Part shown: positions 46,732 through 56,221 of the stretch, piece by piece
Numbering within the stretch: the first letter of the stretch is position 1
Layout: every line of letters begins with the position of its first letter
Assembly (NCBI GenBank): GCA_963783375.1
Contig: CAWANH010000028.1
Location: 1,696,001 to 1,760,000, forward strand
DNA: 64,000 bases
From: Candidatus Eiseniibacteriota bacterium
Lineage (GTDB): Bacteria > Eisenbacteria > RBG-16-71-46 > JABDJR01
Direction: 5' to 3'
Translations under genes and position numbers: made by a program
The notes under the pieces: model-generated
The model's database searches: none
What the model was told of the DNA's origin: nothing
The model's input: the letters and a program-made list of their open reading frames with translations, nothing else

Positions 46732-47346
46732 TCAATCCTTGACGCTGGCCAGGAGCGAGCGGACCTCGGGCGCCACCATCTCGGAACGGGTGACCAGGAG
46801 GAGCCGCAGCTCGTCGGCCCCGACGTTCCGGATGATCTGGTCCTTCTGGGCTTTCACGAAGATCGAGTCGCCCGGGTCCACGACGTAGTTGTCGCCCTGG
46901 ATCTGGACCTCGCACTTTCCACGAAGGACGTAGAGGAAGTACTCGTCGGGGACGCTCGGCCGGGGACTGAGACGCAGCTCGCCGGAGCTGAGCTCCAGGA
47001 AGAGCACGTTGAACGCCCCGGCGGTGGAACGCGCGGTAAGCACCTCGATGCTCACGTTCTCATTGGTGTTCCCCACCTTGCGGCCCTTGCCCTGGCGGAT
47101 CAGGTCCACTTCCTTCATGCGCTCGTCCTCGAAGAACTCGGTCATGGGGACGTTCAGCGCCTGGGCGATCCGGTGAAGGGTGGCCAGCGAGGGCGATGAG
47201 ACGCCCCGCTCGATCGTGGAGATCTGGCCGTTGGTGATCCCGACCTGCTGGGCCAGCTCCAGCTGGGTCAGGTTCTGCTCCTTGCGGAGCTTCCTGAGCT
47301 TTTGGCCCAGGTACATCATGTGGACTCTTTCGTCATTCGTGTACAT
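46732..47346 (-). CDS. XRE-family HTH-cupin transcriptional regulator
   Basis: LGQKLRKLRKEQNLTQLELA...ISTIERGVSSPSLATL; cupin EYFLYVLRG...PGDSIF. Confidence 0.9.
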   Translation of the reverse strand: MYTNDERVHMMYLGQKLRKLRKEQNLTQLELAQQVGITNGQISTIERGVSSPSLATLHRIAQALNVPMTEFFEDERMKEVDLIRQGKGRKVGNTNENVSIEVLTARSTAGAFNVLFLELSSGELRLSPRPSVPDEYFLYVLRGKCEVQIQGDNYVVDPGDSIFVKAQKDQIIRNVGADELRLLLVTRSEMVAPEVRSLLASVKD

Positions 47347-47433
47347 CGTCTTCTCTCCGTAGCAGCCCGTTGGTTTTGGGGGAAAGGGCCACTTCCGACC
47401 CTGCTTCCTACTTGTGGAACACCAACTACAGCA

Positions 47434-47449
47434 TTCAGATTCCGTGCCA
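47434..47449 (-). promoter_or_regulatory. Putative sigma54 promoter (variant -12) of the XRE gene
   Basis: TGGCACGGAATCTGAA: consensus -24 element, GA instead of GC at -12; AT-rich tract upstream. Confidence 0.45.
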
Positions 47450-47556
47450 TCTTTCATATTTTGCCGCAGAATCAGTAACTAATTACCTGACAACAAATTA
47501 CGGCCGGACGAAATCATGAGGGGTTCGAGCTTTGACCGGTCAGGTAGAAAGTTCGT

Positions 47557-48921
47557 TCAACTACCAGAAAAAGTTTCTTTCAATCCGTAGTCTCGAATCT
47601 TCTTCCGGAGGGTCGGCCGGGAGACCCCCAGAATCTCGCACGCCTTGCCCTGGTGCCAGCCCACCGCCCCCAGGACCCGGGAAATATGCTGGGCCTCGAC
47701 GTCCTCGAGGCTCCGGAAGGGCGAATCCTCGGCGGCCATCTCCGAGGGAATCGTGTCCTCGAGGCTGTGGGCCTGCAACTCCAGCACCTCGCCCTTGCTG
47801 AGCACGACGGCCCGGGTGAGCACGTTCTCGAGCTCCCGGACGTTTCCCCGCCAGTCGTAGTGCATGAGCCGCTTCATGGTCTCGTCGGGGACCTTGTACA
47901 CCTCCCTGTGCACCTCGGCGTTGATCTTCTGGAGGAAGTGCTCCACCAGCAGCGGGATGTCCTCCCGCCGCTCCTTCAAGGGGGGGACGTACACCGTGAT
48001 GACCTTCAGGCGGTAATAGAGGTCCTCGCGGAACCGGTTCTCCGCCACCAGGGTCTCCAGGTTGCGGTTGGTGGCGGCCACCAGCCGGGCGTCGGTGCGC
48101 AGGACCTCGCTCCCGCCCACCCGGGTGTACTCCCGCTCCTGAAGCACCCGGAGGAGCTTCGTCTGGAGTCCGGGAGACATGTCCCCGATTTCGTCCAGGA
48201 ACATGGTGCCCTTCCCGGCCAGCTCGAATTTTCCGGGCTTCCGGTAGGACGCGTCGGTGAACGCTCCCTTCTCATGCCCGAAGAGCTCGCTCTCCAGGAG
48301 GGTGTCCACGATGGCCGAGCAGTTCACCGAGATGAAGGGTTCCTGGGGGGCGGCGTTGGCGTGGATGGCCCGGGCCACCAGTTCCTTCCCGGTCCCGCTC
48401 TCGCCGGTGATGAGGACGGTGGCGTTGCTGGAGGAGACCGCGCCGATGGTCTTGTAGATCTCCAGCATCGGCTTGCTCTTTCCCACCAGCACGTTCTGTT
48501 TCAGCGGCATGATCCGCTCGGCCTGGAGCCGTGAGACAACCTGGGTGAGCCGCCGGTTCTCCCGGGCCTTGTTGACCACGATCTCCAGCTTTTCCGGATC
48601 GAAGGGCTTGTCGATGTAGTCGAACGCGCCGTGCTGCATGGCCGAAACGGTGGTCTCCATGTCCTGGTAGGCGGTGATCATGATCACATAGACGTCGGGA
48701 TCGATGCGACAGACCTCGGACAGGATGGAGAGCCCGTCTCCGTCGGGGAGGCGGACGTCGCAGATCACGTAGTGGGGGTGAACTTCGTGGAAGTTGCGGA
48801 GGCCTTCGGCCTTGGAGAGCGCGGTGTAGGTATCGAAGCCCTTGCTCCGGAAGAATAGCGACAGCTCCCGGCACAGGTTCGCCTCGTCGTCGATGATGAG
48901 CAGGCGTTCCGCTTCCTTCAT
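47557..48921 (-). CDS. Sigma54-dependent response regulator (REC-AAA+-Fis HTH)
   Basis: [51 protein letters not shown]; ATGA overlap with the kinase. Confidence 0.95.
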   Translation of the reverse strand: MKEAERLLIIDDEANLCRELSLFFRSKGFDTYTALSKAEGLRNFHEVHPHYVICDVRLPDGDGLSILSEVCRIDPDVYVIMITAYQDMETTVSAMQHGAFDYIDKPFDPEKLEIVVNKARENRRLTQVVSRLQAERIMPLKQNVLVGKSKPMLEIYKTIGAVSSSNATVLITGESGTGKELVARAIHANAAPQEPFISVNCSAIVDTLLESELFGHEKGAFTDASYRKPGKFELAGKGTMFLDEIGDMSPGLQTKLLRVLQEREYTRVGGSEVLRTDARLVAATNRNLETLVAENRFREDLYYRLKVITVYVPPLKERREDIPLLVEHFLQKINAEVHREVYKVPDETMKRLMHYDWRGNVRELENVLTRAVVLSKGEVLELQAHSLEDTIPSEMAAEDSPFRSLEDVEAQHISRVLGAVGWHQGKACEILGVSRPTLRKKIRDYGLKETFSGS

Positions 48922-50030
48922 GACCCGGCCTCCGTCTCGGGAAGTTTGAGCACCACCACCGTTCCCCGCCCCGGAGTGGAATCGAGGGAGACCGAGCCCT
49001 GGTGGAGGTCCATGATGCGGCGCACGTTGCTGAGCCCGAGGCCGAGCTGGTGCCCGGTGGTGGTGAAGAACGGCTCGAACACCCGTGCCTGAAGATGGGG
49101 GGCGATGCCCGGTCCGTTGTCGCGAATCTCCACCAGCCATTGAGCCCCGGTTTCCAGGGGTTGGCGCTTGAGCACCACGTGGATCTCTCCCTTGTGATCC
49201 ATGGCCTCGGAGGCGTTCTGCACCACCTGGCTCACCGCCTGGGCGAATTGGCCGCGATCGATGCGCACGCGCGGCGGACCGGCGGGGAACTGCCGGAACA
49301 GGGCCACCGATTTGAGGTTCAGAATCGGGCGGGCGTCTTCGAGCCCCTGGTTCACCGCGTCCACCAGGTCCACCCAGTCGAACCGGGGTTTGGGGGGCTT
49401 GGCGTAGTTCACCAGGGTTCGCAGGAAGAGCTCGATGCGGTTCAGCTCCTCCCGGGCGATGGAGAAATGGAGGGTCTCATCCGGGTCGGGAACCCGGGCT
49501 TTCTCCAGCATGTAGAGGCTGAGCTTGATGGCGGAGAGGTGGTTGCGAATCTCGTGAGCCATGTTGTGGGCGATGAGCCCGAGGGTGCCGAGCTTGCCCT
49601 CGGCCACCAGCCGCTTTTGGAACGCGCGTTGCTCGGTGATGTCGCGGGCCACCCAAACCACGGCGATCGGTTCCCCGGCCCGGTTCCGCATGGCGTTGGT
49701 CTCGATGAACACGGGAAGGCCGGAGCCGTCCTGCCGGTAGCCGGTGAGCTCCCCCTTCCAGCCCCCCTCCACCGACCGGGTGAGGATGCGCTGCACCAGG
49801 TCCGCGTCCAGGGTCACCCGGCTCATGATCCCCACGTCCTGGCCCACCAGCATGTCCCGCGAATAACCCAGAGCCTTCAGGATGCGCTGGTTGACGAAGA
49901 GCAGCCGGCCGGTGAGATCGGTCACCGCCACGCCGATGGGGACGGCCTCCATGGATTGGAACAGCTCGCCGATGTGGTCGGTGAGGGACTCCGCGGAAAG
50001 TGGTGAATCGGGGAGAAAGCTATTTTCCAA
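48918..50030 (-). CDS. Cytoplasmic PAS-domain sensor histidine kinase
   Basis: PAS/PAC (ARDITE), AHEIRNHL H-box, VQNASEAM, DNGPGI, FEPFFTT, GLGL; TTG start uncertain. Confidence 0.9.
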   Translation of the reverse strand: MENSFLPDSPLSAESLTDHIGELFQSMEAVPIGVAVTDLTGRLLFVNQRILKALGYSRDMLVGQDVGIMSRVTLDADLVQRILTRSVEGGWKGELTGYRQDGSGLPVFIETNAMRNRAGEPIAVVWVARDITEQRAFQKRLVAEGKLGTLGLIAHNMAHEIRNHLSAIKLSLYMLEKARVPDPDETLHFSIAREELNRIELFLRTLVNYAKPPKPRFDWVDLVDAVNQGLEDARPILNLKSVALFRQFPAGPPRVRIDRGQFAQAVSQVVQNASEAMDHKGEIHVVLKRQPLETGAQWLVEIRDNGPGIAPHLQARVFEPFFTTTGHQLGLGLSNVRRIMDLHQGSVSLDSTPGRGTVVVLKLPETEAGS

Positions 50031-50077
50031 AATCGGCCCTCAGGCCCGGGTTCGGGAAGACATTCGAATCACCTGAG

Positions 50078-50106
50078 AGAATAGAAGTAACTCCGGCGGG
50101 ATTCAA
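50078..50106 (-). promoter_or_regulatory. Sigma70-type promoter of the kinase/regulator operon
   Basis: TTGAAT-17 bp-TATTCT on the minus strand. Confidence 0.6.
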
Positions 50107-50146
50107 GGCAAAGGGGTCGGCTGGGCAGGGGGGGGGTAGGGAGGAA

Positions 50147-50344
50147 TCAGCCCTGGGCGGACCGGGGGTCGCCGGTCGTCGGAGGGGCGGCCTGGCCGGC
50201 GTAGGCCGGGCACTCCCGGCGGAGGGGGCAGCTGTGCGGGCCCTGATCGAGCGGGCATCCCCCGACCACCCGGTTGTGGTTCCGGCAGTAGAACGAGTAG
50301 GTCGAGCCGTCAGCCGCAGGTCTCTTGATCCGGAACGCTCGCAT
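50147..50344 (-). CDS. Small Cys/His-rich protein (65 aa)
   Basis: GGAGG RBS 4 nt before ATG; C-x2-H-x6-C-x6-H-x-C-x5-C; sigma54 motif upstream. Confidence 0.6.
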   Translation of the reverse strand: MRAFRIKRPAADGSTYSFYCRNHNRVVGGCPLDQGPHSCPLRRECPAYAGQAAPPTTGDPRSAQG

Positions 50345-50391
50345 GCCGCCTCCACGCTTCGGTCTGCCATCAGGGGTCAGCCATTGGTCTT

Positions 50392-50407
50392 AGCAACCTT
50401 CGTGCCC
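50392..50407 (-). promoter_or_regulatory. Sigma54 (-24/-12) promoter
   Basis: GGGCACGAAGGTTGCT = GG-N10-GC with the CACG and TTGC consensus bases. Confidence 0.7.
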
Positions 50408-50610
50408 GGATCGCCCCCATTTGCCCCAAATATCCCGAATCCAGCTCAACGTTTTGAACAACAACGGGTTTCATCGGTCGTGGACCGGCGCCGGGTGAGG
50501 GGATGGTTGGCCGGCGGGGAGTCGGCCGTGCAAAAAGACCCACCGGTGGTGGTGGCTTATCACGCACCGTCCGATCGCCGTGGCCTCGGCGGGGTTTTCC
50601 CCCCTCGCCT

Positions 50611-50637
50611 TCAAGTTCGGCGGCAGCCCGCCGATAT
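50611..50637 (+). promoter_or_regulatory. Sigma28 (FliA/WhiG-type) promoter of mglA
   Basis: TCAAGTTC-N11-GCCGATAT versus the consensus TAAAGTTT-N11-GCCGATAA. Confidence 0.7.
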
Positions 50638-50712
50638 CTCCCGGTACGTGCGGGTCCGCTCAGCGAGGGCGGGCATGGTCCATGGCTTCAGTGCACCAAG
50701 GGGGTTCGACCC

Positions 50713-52038
50713 ATGGTCGTAGTGTCCTACTCCGGGAAAGAAATCAACGCCAAGCTGGTTTACTACGGCCCGGGACTCAGCGGTAAGACGACCAATCTCG
50801 AGTACATCTACCAGAGCGTTCCCTCGAACAACCGGGGGAAGATGGTCTCCATGAAGACCCGGACCGAGCGCACGCTCTTCTTCGACTTCCTGCCGGTGGA
50901 CCTCGGGGAGATGGGCGGGTTCAAGACCCGGTTCCTCCTCTACACCGTTCCCGGCCAGGTGTACTACAACGCCACCCGGAAACTGGTCTTGCGCGGGGTG
51001 GACGCGGTGATCTTCGTGGCCGATTCCGCCCGCGGGAAGATGGACGAGAACATCGAGTCCCTTCGGAACCTGCACGAAAACCTGAAAGAGTACGGGCTCA
51101 GCACCGAGGACATCCCGGTGGTGATGCAGTACAACAAGCGCGATCTCGACGACGTCTATTCGGTCGAGGAACTGGAAGAGGCTCTGAACCCGGACGGCCT
51201 GACCTGCTTCGAGGCGGTGGCCACCACGGGGCAGGGGGTCTTCGAGACCTTCCGGGGCATCGCCCGGGTGCTTCTTCAGAAGCTGAACAAGGACATCAAG
51301 CTGGGAGACGGGCGCGGGTTGGCGGCCAAGATGGGAGGGGTGGACGGCACGGCTCACCCCGCCCCGGCTGGAGTCCCCACGCCGACGTCCGCACCCGCGG
51401 CCGCGAGCCCTTCGAAGGTCCCGGAGACCCCGAAGCCGGCCGCCCCGGCTTCCTTCCGGCCGCCGAAGCCGGAACCGGTCGCGCCGCCGCGTCCGGAGCC
51501 GAGGCAGAAGCCCGCGGCGCCCGAACCCCAGCCGGTGAAGGCGTCGGAGCCCGCGACCCCGCCGACGGCGCCCAAGCCGGTCGTGGCCCCCGCCCCGGCC
51601 GCGGCCTCCAAGCCCGAGCCCCCGGCCCCCCGGCCGGAGCCCGAGCCGGTGGAAGCCCGGTCGGGATCCCGTCCGAGCCCGGCTCCCGAAATGCGTCGCG
51701 TGGAGGGCACCCGGCCGGCCGACGTGCTGGAACTCCCCGCCGAGAGCTTCAGCCCCGCCTCCGAGGAGGGCGAGAAGCCCGGCTTCTGGGGCCGGTTGTT
51801 CGGCCGAAAGGCCCGGGCAGACCAGGGCGCCGAGACCCTGGTGGCCGAGGCGAGCCTGGCCCCGGTGGAGATTCCCGCGGTGGGGGGCTCCGGCGACACC
51901 TCCCCGGTCTTTATCGAGCGCCGTATCCAGGTGCCGATCACCCTGGGCCCCGACGAGATCGTCCGGGGGGCGAAGCTCCGGCTGGTCCTGGAGATCCGGG
52001 TGGATCCGGCCCAGAAACGGGACTCCAAGGTGGCCTGA
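50713..52038 (+). CDS. mglA: MglA-family small GTPase with long Pro/Ala-rich C-terminal extension
   Basis: KEINAKLVYYGPGLSGKTTNL, RTLFFDFLP, LYTVPGQVYY, QYNKRDL, GVFETF, closely matching myxobacterial MglA motifs. Confidence 0.9.
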   Translation: MVVVSYSGKEINAKLVYYGPGLSGKTTNLEYIYQSVPSNNRGKMVSMKTRTERTLFFDFLPVDLGEMGGFKTRFLLYTVPGQVYYNATRKLVLRGVDAVIFVADSARGKMDENIESLRNLHENLKEYGLSTEDIPVVMQYNKRDLDDVYSVEELEEALNPDGLTCFEAVATTGQGVFETFRGIARVLLQKLNKDIKLGDGRGLAAKMGGVDGTAHPAPAGVPTPTSAPAAASPSKVPETPKPAAPASFRPPKPEPVAPPRPEPRQKPAAPEPQPVKASEPATPPTAPKPVVAPAPAAASKPEPPAPRPEPEPVEARSGSRPSPAPEMRRVEGTRPADVLELPAESFSPASEEGEKPGFWGRLFGRKARADQGAETLVAEASLAPVEIPAVGGSGDTSPVFIERRIQVPITLGPDEIVRGAKLRLVLEIRVDPAQKRDSKVA

Positions 52039-52072
52039 CCTCGAATTCCGCATCCGAGTGAGCACGAACCCG

Positions 52073-52101
52073 CCGACGGGGACCCAATGGGTCCCCGTTG
52101 G
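52073..52101 (+). terminator. Strong hairpin downstream of mglA (putative terminator)
   Basis: CCGACGGGGACCC-AAT-GGGTCCCCGTTGG followed by TGTATAT; weak U-tract. Confidence 0.5.
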
Positions 52102-52146
52102 TGTATATGGGTCAGGGCTCCCGTGGGAGACCGGCGCGGTGTTCGG

Positions 52147-52175
52147 TTGACGAGGCCCCGGCGCTTGATTACTCT
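52147..52175 (+). promoter_or_regulatory. Sigma70-type promoter
   Basis: TTGACG-17 bp-TACTCT upstream of 52212. Confidence 0.6.
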
Positions 52176-52211
52176 TGGAATCGGCTTGATGCCGACGCGG
52201 GAGGCGTACGC

Positions 52212-52730
52212 ATGTTCCGGAAGCACAACACAGCCATCTTCGCCCTGATTCCGATGGTCGCCCTTCTGGCTGGCGCCGGAGCGGCTTCGGCCGGGATCCC
52301 CGACGCCACGCCCCCCGCCCTCCAGGGCATCGGAACCGAGCCGTCGGCCGGGCTCCTGAACTCCGGACTGCTCGACTTCTCCCGTTTCGACGTTCGGAAC
52401 AGCCTCAGCTACTCCTATTCCTCATCGTCGCAGTTCGGTTCGCAATCCGCCGGACTCTGGATGACCGAGATCGGCTACCGTATCTCCGACCCGCTCCGGG
52501 TCTCGGTGGACGTGGGGGCGACCCTCGATCCCTCCTCGGAGAACCTGTTCAGCGAGAAGAACATCTTCCTCCGAGGCTTCAATCTGGACTACCGGCCGAG
52601 TCGGAACTTTCAGTTCAACGTCTCCTACGTGAATACGCCTCCCGCCGCGGCCACCGCTCTCGGTTATCGCGGCTGGCCTTACGCGGGGGGATTCCGACCC
52701 TATGGGTCGCCCCTGAGTATGGGCCATTGA
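52212..52730 (+). CDS. Secreted beta-strand-rich hypothetical protein (possible outer-membrane)
   Basis: RBS GGGAGG; signal peptide ending ASA; alternating strands (SLSYSYS, LRVSVDVG, FNLDYRP, FQFNVSY). Confidence 0.7.
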   Translation: MFRKHNTAIFALIPMVALLAGAGAASAGIPDATPPALQGIGTEPSAGLLNSGLLDFSRFDVRNSLSYSYSSSSQFGSQSAGLWMTEIGYRISDPLRVSVDVGATLDPSSENLFSEKNIFLRGFNLDYRPSRNFQFNVSYVNTPPAAATALGYRGWPYAGGFRPYGSPLSMGH

Positions 52731-53875
52731 AATTTCGGTCCTCTTCCTCCTCCTCTCCCGCCGTCGTTTCCTCGTCGACCCGTGGCCTACGTGACCGGGC
52801 CGAGGACACCGCCCGCCGCCTGAAGGCGGAGCCGGGCCGGTTGGATCTCGTCCTGGAGCTGGCCCAGACCCTGGAGCGGCTCGGGGAACACCGTGACGCG
52901 CTTCGCGTGGTGGAACGCATGTCCAAGCGGGGGGCGTCCACTCCCGAGCTGGTCCGGTTGCGGGCGGAGTGCCTGCGCCGGGTGGGCCGGGCCGAAGAGG
53001 CGGTGACCGTGCTCGACGAGGCGGCGGAGATGCTGGCGGACGTCCCCAGCGCCTGGATCACCCGGGGCCGGTGTCTGGCCGCGGCGGGGCGGCTCGAGGA
53101 GGCGGTCGAGGCCTCGCAGAACGCGGCCCGCCTCGATCCCGGGAGCGCCGACGCCCAGTATTCCGTCGGGGTGACCCTGGCCCGGGCCGGCCGGGGCTAC
53201 GAGGCCGAGCAGGCCTACAACCGGGCGATCCGCCTGGACCCCGACATGGCCAAGGCCCACATCAACCTCGGCATCCTCTACGACACCCTCGGACGGAAAG
53301 AGGACGCTCTGGCCTCGCTCCGGCGCGCCACCACCTGCGACCCCGAGAGCGCGGTGGGTCACGCCAACCTGGGAGCGATCTACGGGGAGCAGGGTCGGCG
53401 CGAGGAGGCGTTGGCCGAGCTCAAGCGGGCGTTGGAGATCGACCCGCGCTCCGCCGAGGCCCACTTCAACCTCGCGCTCCTCTACCTGGACGAGGGCCGG
53501 CTGGAGCAGGCGACCGAAGCGTTGACCGCGGCCCGGGAGACCGCTCCCGAGGACACCCGCATCCTCTACTACTCCGGGGTGCTCGCGCTTCGCCAGGGGC
53601 GTCACCAGGAAACCGTCTCGGTGTTCACGGAGTACGTGCGGCTCCAGAAGGAGGACGCCCGCGGCCACTACCACCTCGGGGTGGGGCTCCTGCGCCTGAG
53701 CCGCCTGGACGAGGCGGTCCAGAGCTTTCAGCAGGCGGTGAAGATCGATCCCGGCCACCAGCGCGCCCACTACTACCTCGGGGTGGCCTTCGACCGGAAG
53801 GGCCTCAAGCACGAGGCCCGTCTCGCCTACCATGCCGCCGACCGGCTAGACCGGGGCGGCCCCCCGCTCGGATAG
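52727..53875 (+). CDS. Tetratricopeptide repeat protein
   Basis: TTGA overlap; repeats AHINLG, AHFNLA, GHYHLG, AHYYLG. Confidence 0.85.
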   Translation: MKFRSSSSSSPAVVSSSTRGLRDRAEDTARRLKAEPGRLDLVLELAQTLERLGEHRDALRVVERMSKRGASTPELVRLRAECLRRVGRAEEAVTVLDEAAEMLADVPSAWITRGRCLAAAGRLEEAVEASQNAARLDPGSADAQYSVGVTLARAGRGYEAEQAYNRAIRLDPDMAKAHINLGILYDTLGRKEDALASLRRATTCDPESAVGHANLGAIYGEQGRREEALAELKRALEIDPRSAEAHFNLALLYLDEGRLEQATEALTAARETAPEDTRILYYSGVLALRQGRHQETVSVFTEYVRLQKEDARGHYHLGVGLLRLSRLDEAVQSFQQAVKIDPGHQRAHYYLGVAFDRKGLKHEARLAYHAADRLDRGGPPLG

Positions 53876-53881
53876 ACCCCG

Positions 53882-54676
53882 ATGTCCTTCATCGACGCCC
53901 TCGTCCTGGGCCTGGTCCAGGGCCTGACCGAGTTCCTTCCCGTATCCTCCTCCGGGCACCTGGTGCTGGCCGGGCGACTTCTGGGGTTGGGTCAGGGAAG
54001 CGTGGCCTTCGATGTCTGGCTCCACCTCGCCACCCTGACCGCGGTGGTGGTGGCGCTCCGGAGCGACGTCTGGATGATGCTCCGGAGCCTCTCCCCACGC
54101 GCCCCGGAGCCGGAGGCCGGGCGGGGCCGAAAGCTCATCGTGGCCATGGTGGTCGGGACCATTCCCGCGGTGATCGTGGGATTGGTGGCCAAGGACGCGG
54201 TCGAGGCCGCGTTCACCAGCGTGCGGCTGGTCGGGGTGGACCTGCTCCTCACCGCGTTCATCCTCGCCCTCTCGCGGCTCTTTCCCGGGCGCGGGATGCC
54301 GCTCACCCCGATCAAGGCCCTGGGGATCGGGATCGCTCAATGCATCGCCATCCTGCCCGGGGTTAGCCGCTCCGGCTCCACCCTCACCGCCGGGCTCATG
54401 TTCGGGCTCTCCGGCGAGGACGCGGCGCGGTTCTCGTTCCTGCTGTCGGTGCCGGCCATCCTGGGAGCGGCGGTGCTCGACGCTCCCGCGATCGTCCACC
54501 TGGGGGGAAACCCCGGGATCCTGATCGGGAGCTTCCTGGTGGCCGCGGTGAGCGGGTACGTGGCCATCCGGCTGGTGTGGAAGGTCATGGAACGGGGGAA
54601 GCTCGCCGCCTTCGCGCCCTACTGCGCGCTCCTCGGCCTGGCTGCGCTCCTTCTGGGCGGCTCGCTTCCGGGGTAG
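53882..54676 (+). CDS. uppP: Undecaprenyl-diphosphate phosphatase UppP/BacA
   Basis: QGLTEFLPVSSSGHL, PGVSRSGST, ARFSFLLSVPAILGA. Confidence 0.95.
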   Translation: MSFIDALVLGLVQGLTEFLPVSSSGHLVLAGRLLGLGQGSVAFDVWLHLATLTAVVVALRSDVWMMLRSLSPRAPEPEAGRGRKLIVAMVVGTIPAVIVGLVAKDAVEAAFTSVRLVGVDLLLTAFILALSRLFPGRGMPLTPIKALGIGIAQCIAILPGVSRSGSTLTAGLMFGLSGEDAARFSFLLSVPAILGAAVLDAPAIVHLGGNPGILIGSFLVAAVSGYVAIRLVWKVMERGKLAAFAPYCALLGLAALLLGGSLPG

Positions 54677-54775
54677 CCGGCGCCCCCACGAAGCCCGTGC
54701 CCGACCGAAGGATGCACGCGACCCGGGGACTCGCCCCCCACAACCCGAAGCACCCGCCGACGACCCGGAGGCACG

Positions 54776-56206
54776 ATGACCGAGCGCGACCCCTCGTTCC
54801 TGGATCTGGACCCCGAAGCCATGCGGCGGCTGGGCTACGCCGCGGTGGACCGGGCGGTCGATCACCTCGCGAGCCTGGAGCGGGAGCCGGCCTGGGGGAT
54901 GATGACCCGCGAGGAAGGGGAGGCCCTCCTTCGTGAGCCCGTCCCCGAAACCGGCGCGCCGCTCGATGGGCTCATGGCGACCGCCGAGCGCGATGTCCTC
55001 ACCCGCTCCGCCCGGGTCGGCCACCCTCGCTTCTTTGCCTACGTTCCGGGGGCGGTGACCTTCCCCGGGGTGCTGGCGGCTCTCCTGGCCGCCGCCCACA
55101 ATCCGTTCGTGGGAACCTGGCTCGGGGGGTCGGGTCCCTCGATGATGGAACTCACGGTGGTGGACTGGATCCGCGAGATGACCGGGCTCCCCGAGGGCGC
55201 CGGGGGTCTTCTCACCAGCGGCGGCTCCGCCGCGAACCTCATCGCGTTGGTGGCCGCGCGCCACGCCCGCCTCGATGACCGGACCGAAGCCGCGGTGATC
55301 TACGCGTCCGACCAGACGCACACCGCGGTCACCCGGGCGGCCTGGATCGCCGGTTTTCCCCGCGAAGCCGTCCGGCTCCTCCCCGCCGACCGAGACTACC
55401 GGCTGGATCCGGGCGCTCTGGAAACCGCGATAGCCGAAGACCGCGCCGGCGGCCGGCGACCGTTTCTCGTCGCGGCCAACGCCGGGGCGACCAGCACCGG
55501 CGCGGTGGACCCCCTCGAAGACCTTGCCGCGATCGCCCGCCGCGAAGGACTCTGGCTCCACGTGGACGCGGCCTACGGGGGCTTCGCCGCCATCACCGAG
55601 CGGGGGCGCCACGCCCTGGCCGGGATCGGCGACGCCGACTCCTGGGCCTTCGATCCCCACAAGTGGCTCTACCAGGGCTTCGAGTGCGGCTCGGTCCTCC
55701 TTCGCCGGCCGGAGGAGCTGCGCGCGGCCTTCACCGTGGACGCCGCCTATCTCCAGGACACCCGTCTCGGCGCCGAGCGCCCGAACCTGTCCGATCACGG
55801 CATCCAGCTCTCGCGCTCCTGGCGGGCGCTCGGGATCTGGCTCTCGGTGAAACACTTCGGCCTGGCCCGGCTCCGGTCCGCGGTGGATCGCACCCTGGAT
55901 CTGGCCGCCCACGCCCAGGCCGCGGTCGAGGCCGACCCCGCGATGGAACTCCTCTCGCCGGCCCGGCTCGGGGTGGTCTGCTTCCGGCTGGCGCCGTCCG
56001 CGAAACCCGGTGCGCGCCCCTCGGAGGCCGACCTGGAGGCCATGAACCGGGCCGCCCTCGAGCGGCTGAACGCGAGCGGCTACGGGTTCATCTCCTCCAC
56101 CCGGCTTCGGGGAACGTTCGCCTTGAGGCTTTGCATCCTGAGCCACCGCTCCACCGCCGCCGACGTGGGCGGGGTGCTGGCCCGGCTCCGGGAGGCGGCG
56201 GAGTAG
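54776..56206 (+). CDS. Group II PLP-dependent (aromatic amino acid-type) decarboxylase
   Basis: HPRFFAYVP, SGGSAAN, WLHVDAAYGG, DPHKWL (PLP lysine). Confidence 0.9.
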   Translation: MTERDPSFLDLDPEAMRRLGYAAVDRAVDHLASLEREPAWGMMTREEGEALLREPVPETGAPLDGLMATAERDVLTRSARVGHPRFFAYVPGAVTFPGVLAALLAAAHNPFVGTWLGGSGPSMMELTVVDWIREMTGLPEGAGGLLTSGGSAANLIALVAARHARLDDRTEAAVIYASDQTHTAVTRAAWIAGFPREAVRLLPADRDYRLDPGALETAIAEDRAGGRRPFLVAANAGATSTGAVDPLEDLAAIARREGLWLHVDAAYGGFAAITERGRHALAGIGDADSWAFDPHKWLYQGFECGSVLLRRPEELRAAFTVDAAYLQDTRLGAERPNLSDHGIQLSRSWRALGIWLSVKHFGLARLRSAVDRTLDLAAHAQAAVEADPAMELLSPARLGVVCFRLAPSAKPGARPSEADLEAMNRAALERLNASGYGFISSTRLRGTFALRLCILSHRSTAADVGGVLARLREAAE

Positions 56207-56221
56207 CGGGGCGGGCGCGGG

